From assembly GCA_034432445.1 (NCBI GenBank), contig DAOUBX010000094.1, positions 1-62,661 of the forward strand: a DNA stretch of 62,661 bases, read 5' to 3'. Shown in pieces: positions 58,584 to 62,661 of the stretch (position 1 is its first letter; each line of letters begins with the position of its first letter). Origin of the DNA: Anaerolineales bacterium (GTDB taxonomy: Bacteria; Chloroflexota; Anaerolineae; JAAEKA01). Below the pieces are notes generated by a model. That model worked only from the letters and a program-made list of their open reading frames with translations. It had not been told where the DNA came from and made no database searches. A program made the position numbers and the translations under genes.

Positions 58584-58940
58584 TGCGGCGTGCAGGAGAT
58601 ACGCCACTTAACGGCAACAAGCGTCTGATAGCTGCGCAGCGCACAATCGATGAATGTCCCTGCCAATTTGCAGTTTTCGCTGTTATGGTTCATAATTCGG
58701 TATGTCCAGCCGTTTGGACGACTGGCTGCCTCAAACGCCGCAGGTTCCTCCACAGTTCTCCCGTGAGTTCTCAGCAGGCATCCGATGGGCGGTTTTGCAA
58801 GCAGCAAGGGGGCCCTTGTCCGAGATCTTACAAGGGCCAAGAACGACTGTCTGATTGGACAGTCGAGTTTCGGTGAGCACTTTAGGTGCACGCAGCTTTA
58901 GCAAGCGCTCTCTGGAAAGGGCGCAGGAGTGAGAACGATC

Positions 58941-59270
58941 ATGAGGATCTACTGTGGTAATCTGCCGTTCAGCGCAACCGAGGACGATGTCCGCAACATG
59001 TTCGAGGAATATGGGACCGTGCACGCGGTTGACCTGATGTACGACCGCGAGAGTGGCCGCCCGCGCGGCTTTGGTTTCGTCGACATGGACGACAGCGGCG
59101 CCCCGGCAGCCATTGAGGCGCTCGATGGCCTGATGTACGGCGGACGCAATCTACGCGTCAATGAGGCGCGGCCGCGCGAAGAGAATCGCGGCGGCGGTCG
59201 TCGCGAGGGCGAGGGCGGTTATCGCCGCGAGGGTGGTCGCCGTCCGAGCTCTGGGGGTCGACGCTATTAA
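58941..59270 (+). CDS. RRM RNA-binding protein with an RGG-like tail
   Basis: IYCGNL (RNP2), RGFGFV (RNP1), LRVNEARPR. Confidence 0.95.
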   Translation: MRIYCGNLPFSATEDDVRNMFEEYGTVHAVDLMYDRESGRPRGFGFVDMDDSGAPAAIEALDGLMYGGRNLRVNEARPREENRGGGRREGEGGYRREGGRRPSSGGRRY

Positions 59271-59312
59271 TCCGGCACCTGACTAGTCACAAGCAACTTC
59301 GCTGACACGGTG

Positions 59313-59342
59313 AAAGGCCCTGGCTTGTTCCAGGGCCTTTTC
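59313..59342 (+). terminator. Intrinsic terminator
   Basis: AAAGGCCCTGG...CCAGGGCCTTT followed by TTCCTTT. Confidence 0.75.
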
Positions 59343-59378
59343 CTTTGAGGCAAGTGCACCCATTGGGCCGTCGGCGAG

Positions 59379-59407
59379 TTGACGCTTCCTGCGTTGCGTG
59401 CTAGAAT
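59379..59407 (+). promoter_or_regulatory. Sigma70 promoter upstream of miaB
   Basis: TTGACG-N17-TAGAAT with TGn. Confidence 0.75.
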
Positions 59408-59542
59408 GACGCTTGCACCATAGTAAACCGTTGCCCCCTCGTACAAGGGATCGACAACGGAGGAGAGAATGGACGTCGCCTGGCGTCTGTGTTGGCGTTT
59501 CCTCCGTGACGAGACCGGGGCGACTCGACGGAGGTTATTTGT

Positions 59543-61015
59543 TTGTCCACACGCACTTACCACATCCATACCTTCGGCTGCCAAATGAACGTCGCCGACA
59601 GCGGCCACGTGGCTGCGCAGCTGGAAGCCCTCGGCTACCAGCCGGTTGACCGCGCCGAACAGGCTGATGTCGTCGTTATCAACACCTGTGTCGTGCGTCA
59701 AAGTGCCGAGGAGAAAGCCATCGGCAAGCTGGGCGCGCTCTTGCCGCTCAAACGGCGCAAGCCAAACACGGTGATCGGCCTGATGGGCTGTATGGTGGGG
59801 GTCAAACCAAGCCCGGCGTTGGCCGAGAGGTTCCCGTGGGTGGACGTGTTCATGCCTCCCTCGGAGCCTGGCCCCTTGGTGGGGTACTTGATGGAACAGG
59901 AGATTGCGCGCGCGGCGCGTTCGATTGACGAGGCTGAAGTGCTGGCGCGCCACGCCCTCCAGGACGAGGAGATCACGCAGCTGAACCGGGAAGAGATGCT
60001 GCACGTCGGTTATTCATACCGCTCTCTGCCGGGACGGGCAGGCTCAGTGCTCCAGTCGGTGCGTCATCTGACCTTGGATGGTCAAGCGCCTGTAGCCGCG
60101 CATGTGCCGATTGTGTACGGATGCTCGCACGCCTGCACGTTCTGCATCATTCCTTTCCGCCGCGGGGTCGAGCGCAGCCGGCCGTTGGCCGAAATCGTCG
60201 CCGAGGTGCGCGATCTCGTGGCGCAGGGTGTGCGCGAGGTGACGCTGTTGGGCCAGATCGTGGATCGTTACGGCTATGACTGGCCGGGGCAGCGGCCCGA
60301 TCTGGCGGATTTGCTGCACGCGGTGCACGAAATTGACGGTCTGTGGCGCATTCGCTTTCTCACGTCCCACCCCAACTACATGAGCGATCGCATCCTCCAC
60401 GCCGTGCGCGACTTGTCCAAGGTGTGCGAACACATCGAAGTGCCTATTCAAGCCGGCGACGATGAGGTGCTGGCTGCAATGCGCCGCGGCTACACGGCCG
60501 CTGACTACCGCCGGTTGGTGTACCACATCCGCGAGACCATTCCCAACGCGGCGATCCATACCGATATCATCGTAGGCTTTCCGGGCGAAAGCGATGCACA
60601 GTTCCAGCGCACCTACGACGTGCTGACCGAGCTTAAGCTGGACAAGGTACATTTGGCGCGCTATTCACCGCGACCCGGCACAGTCAGCGCCCGGCGCATG
60701 GTAGACGATGTGCCAGAAGCGGTCAAGGTCGAACGCCATCAGGCTTTAGAGCGCCTGCAAGCCAATGTGCAAGACGAGATCAACCGCCGCTTCTTGGGTC
60801 AGACAGTCGAGGTGCTGGTTGAGGATTTGCACAAGGGCAAATGGCGCGGCCGCACACGCCAGAACAAACTTGTCTTCTTCAGCCATCCAGAGGACTGGCG
60901 CGGCCGGCTGGCCGAGGTGCTCATCACGTGGGCCGGCCCTTACTCGATGCAAGGAAGACTGGCCGCAGATCGGCCAGGCGCGCGTGAGGTCATGGAGCTG
61001 CACGCGCTCGTCTAA
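59543..61015 (+). CDS. miaB: tRNA-i6A37 methylthiotransferase MiaB
   Basis: FGCQMN, NTCVVRQSAE, CSHACTFC radical-SAM motif, TDIIVGFPGE, YSPRPGT, TRAM domain; TTG start after GGAGG. Confidence 0.95.
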   Translation: MSTRTYHIHTFGCQMNVADSGHVAAQLEALGYQPVDRAEQADVVVINTCVVRQSAEEKAIGKLGALLPLKRRKPNTVIGLMGCMVGVKPSPALAERFPWVDVFMPPSEPGPLVGYLMEQEIARAARSIDEAEVLARHALQDEEITQLNREEMLHVGYSYRSLPGRAGSVLQSVRHLTLDGQAPVAAHVPIVYGCSHACTFCIIPFRRGVERSRPLAEIVAEVRDLVAQGVREVTLLGQIVDRYGYDWPGQRPDLADLLHAVHEIDGLWRIRFLTSHPNYMSDRILHAVRDLSKVCEHIEVPIQAGDDEVLAAMRRGYTAADYRRLVYHIRETIPNAAIHTDIIVGFPGESDAQFQRTYDVLTELKLDKVHLARYSPRPGTVSARRMVDDVPEAVKVERHQALERLQANVQDEINRRFLGQTVEVLVEDLHKGKWRGRTRQNKLVFFSHPEDWRGRLAEVLITWAGPYSMQGRLAADRPGAREVMELHALV

Positions 61016-61034
61016 CGCGCGGCGCCAGCACTGA

Positions 61035-61053
61035 CGACTGAAGTCGTCACTAC
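61035..61053 (-). repeat. Single GTAG-family REP
   Basis: The reverse complement GTAGTGACGACTTCAGTCG resembles the 38682-38727 halves. Confidence 0.65.
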
Positions 61054-61086
61054 GAAGGGGTGTTCGGCTGCCGGCGATAAACAAAC

Positions 61087-61119
61087 CAAGCGGGTGGTCC
61101 TCATCAGACCACCCGCTTG
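61087..61119. terminator. Hairpin between convergent genes
   Basis: CAAGCGGGTGGTC...GACCACCCGCTTG. Confidence 0.7.
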
Positions 61120-61179
61120 TCACTTCAGGCTCTCTGCCGGCTCACCGACCCACCAGGCCAGCTTGCCCGCAGCTCATCC

Positions 61180-62661
61180 TTACGGGATGCACAGCACCTG
61201 CCCGGCGCGCACGTAGTTCACGTTCGTGATCCCGTTCGCCCTCGCCACAGCGCTGACCGTCGTCCCATACCGCGCTGCGATGCTCGTCAGGTTCTCGCCT
61301 GCCGCTACCCGGTGCGTTGTCGTGCAGCTGCCGCTCACGCTCCCACCGCCCGGCAACGGCGGATCCTGGATATTCGTGAAGTTCACCACCGCCCCAGGAT
61401 AGTCCGCAGGCACCGGATACGGGAACTTCACGTTCACACACTTCGGCGTCACGTGGATCCAGTTGTCCCGATCCTCTTCACACACCTGGATCGTCGCACC
61501 CGGGAAGCCCATCCCCGCCGCCTTCAACTGATCCTCCGTGAACATGTACTCGCCCAGCGCATTCGTCACCGTCGAGGTCGTCACCTCCGTACCGACCAGC
61601 TTCGCCGTGATCTTCCAGCCCGCTAGCCCGACCAGATGCCCCTTGTACGGCGGTTCCCACGCCTTGAACAGCTTCTGCCCGCGGATCGTCAGCTTCCCGG
61701 TCACCTCTTCGTTCTCGAACAACACACGCGTCGTCTCACAGTCCATGTGCACCACCGTCTGCGGATTGGGGCTCACCGCCTTCCATCCCACCTGCAGGTG
61801 CTCTGTCACTGTGTACACCCCCGGCAGCAACCCCTCAAAGGTCGCCTTGCCCGACGCATCCGTCATCTTCGTCACCGGCGCCATCGCTCCGTCCGCCCGC
61901 GCCACCGTCACCTGCCAACCCGCCAACGGCCCCAGCCATACCAAACCACCGTTGGCGTCTCGGCCCAGGCCCGTCTTCTCTACCACGATCGTGCTCTTGC
62001 ACGGCGGCTGCAGGTTCTTGAACACCACCGGGTCCATCGCTCCCGGCGGCGCATACTGATCCAGCGTCAACTGCACTGTCGCCGGCGTGATCGGCTTCCA
62101 CCCCGCCTTCACCTTCTCCGAGATCGTCCAGTTGCCCGGCGTTACCGTGAACACCGCCGCTCCGCTCTCGTTCGTCTTCTTCGTCTGCGCCTTCACGAAC
62201 GGATCCTTGATCGGCGTGAACGTGATCTCCCAGTCCGCTCCTGGCCGTACCGTCCCGTCCAGCAGCTCTTCCCACTTGATCACCGTCACGTCGAACAACC
62301 GCCGAATCTTGAACACGATCCGATAGCAGTCCTTCGGATCCTTCTTCTCCGCCAGCGCCGTTTCACCCGTCGCCGCTACGCCGCCACGGTCCGCTTTCGG
62401 CACGATCCCGTCCCAGTCCGCCGGCAACTGTACCCTGAAGTCCCAATTGCCTACCGGCAGCTTCTCGAACTTGAAGTAGCCCTTGCTGTCCACCGGCACC
62501 GTGATCGTCGCACCACTGGCGTCCACTGCGTCCACCACCAACGGCGGCGTCGTTCGTGTCCCGTCCACTGCGATCTCCCGGTGGTTGATCACGTACCCGT
62601 CCACGCACACCACCGGCCCACTTGGCGGCGTCTCGCCACCGGCCATCACGCTGCCGCTCAG
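61180..62661 (-). CDS. Surface protein with tandem Cna-B/SdrD-B-like beta-sandwich modules and a C-terminal LysM domain (5'-partial)
   Basis: Repeated W-x-I/V-T...F...PG...E...W...FxN modules, then HRVAAGENLTSIAARYGTTVSAVARANGI...GQVLCIP. The frame is open to the window edge. Confidence 0.85.
   Translation of the reverse strand: MSGSVMAGGETPPSGPVVCVDGYVINHREIAVDGTRTTPPLVVDAVDASGATITVPVDSKGYFKFEKLPVGNWDFRVQLPADWDGIVPKADRGGVAATGETALAEKKDPKDCYRIVFKIRRLFDVTVIKWEELLDGTVRPGADWEITFTPIKDPFVKAQTKKTNESGAAVFTVTPGNWTISEKVKAGWKPITPATVQLTLDQYAPPGAMDPVVFKNLQPPCKSTIVVEKTGLGRDANGGLVWLGPLAGWQVTVARADGAMAPVTKMTDASGKATFEGLLPGVYTVTEHLQVGWKAVSPNPQTVVHMDCETTRVLFENEEVTGKLTIRGQKLFKAWEPPYKGHLVGLAGWKITAKLVGTEVTTSTVTNALGEYMFTEDQLKAAGMGFPGATIQVCEEDRDNWIHVTPKCVNVKFPYPVPADYPGAVVNFTNIQDPPLPGGGSVSGSCTTTHRVAAGENLTSIAARYGTTVSAVARANGITNVNYVRAGQVLCIP

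Noticed and set aside
61180-62661. Distinct base texture of the LysM gene suggesting foreign origin
   Set aside because: It can be explained by the Val/Thr/Gly/Lys-rich composition, there are no mobility signatures, and codon statistics could not be computed here.

Overview
High-GC bacterial chromosomal segment. The large Alu-type SRP RNA, T-box leader and C-terminally anchored cytochromes are consistent with a monoderm lineage, probably Chloroflexota (inference). Core content: mutL; a beta-oxidation operon with ETF; hypAB; mreBCD-mrdA-rodA; T-box-regulated serS; pncB; SRP RNA; two tRNA-Ser genes; a four-gene Na+-translocating acyl-CoA decarboxylase; a DUF2877-FdrA-DUF1116-cyclase cluster; a Lia-like membrane protein with a two-component system; a membrane-tailed DnaJ; miaB; and a partial LysM surface protein. 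The least explained features are four. (1) A translationally coupled nonaheme / cytochrome b-tetraheme / octaheme operon with 21 CxxCH motifs, an Fnr/Crp-like box, and a divergent Cu-sensor and Cu-chaperone pair. (2) A miniature transposon family with GTAACT(G/A)CTCAG ends and 8-bp target duplications, present in three copies. (3) Six 7-10-bp tandem arrays at stop-codon/RBS junctions, one of them trailing a four-helix-bundle gene. (4) An AllFGH-like catabolic cluster with no carbamate kinase in the window. No CRISPR array, rRNA, integrase or transposase is visible. All product calls rest on motif recognition, not database searches.
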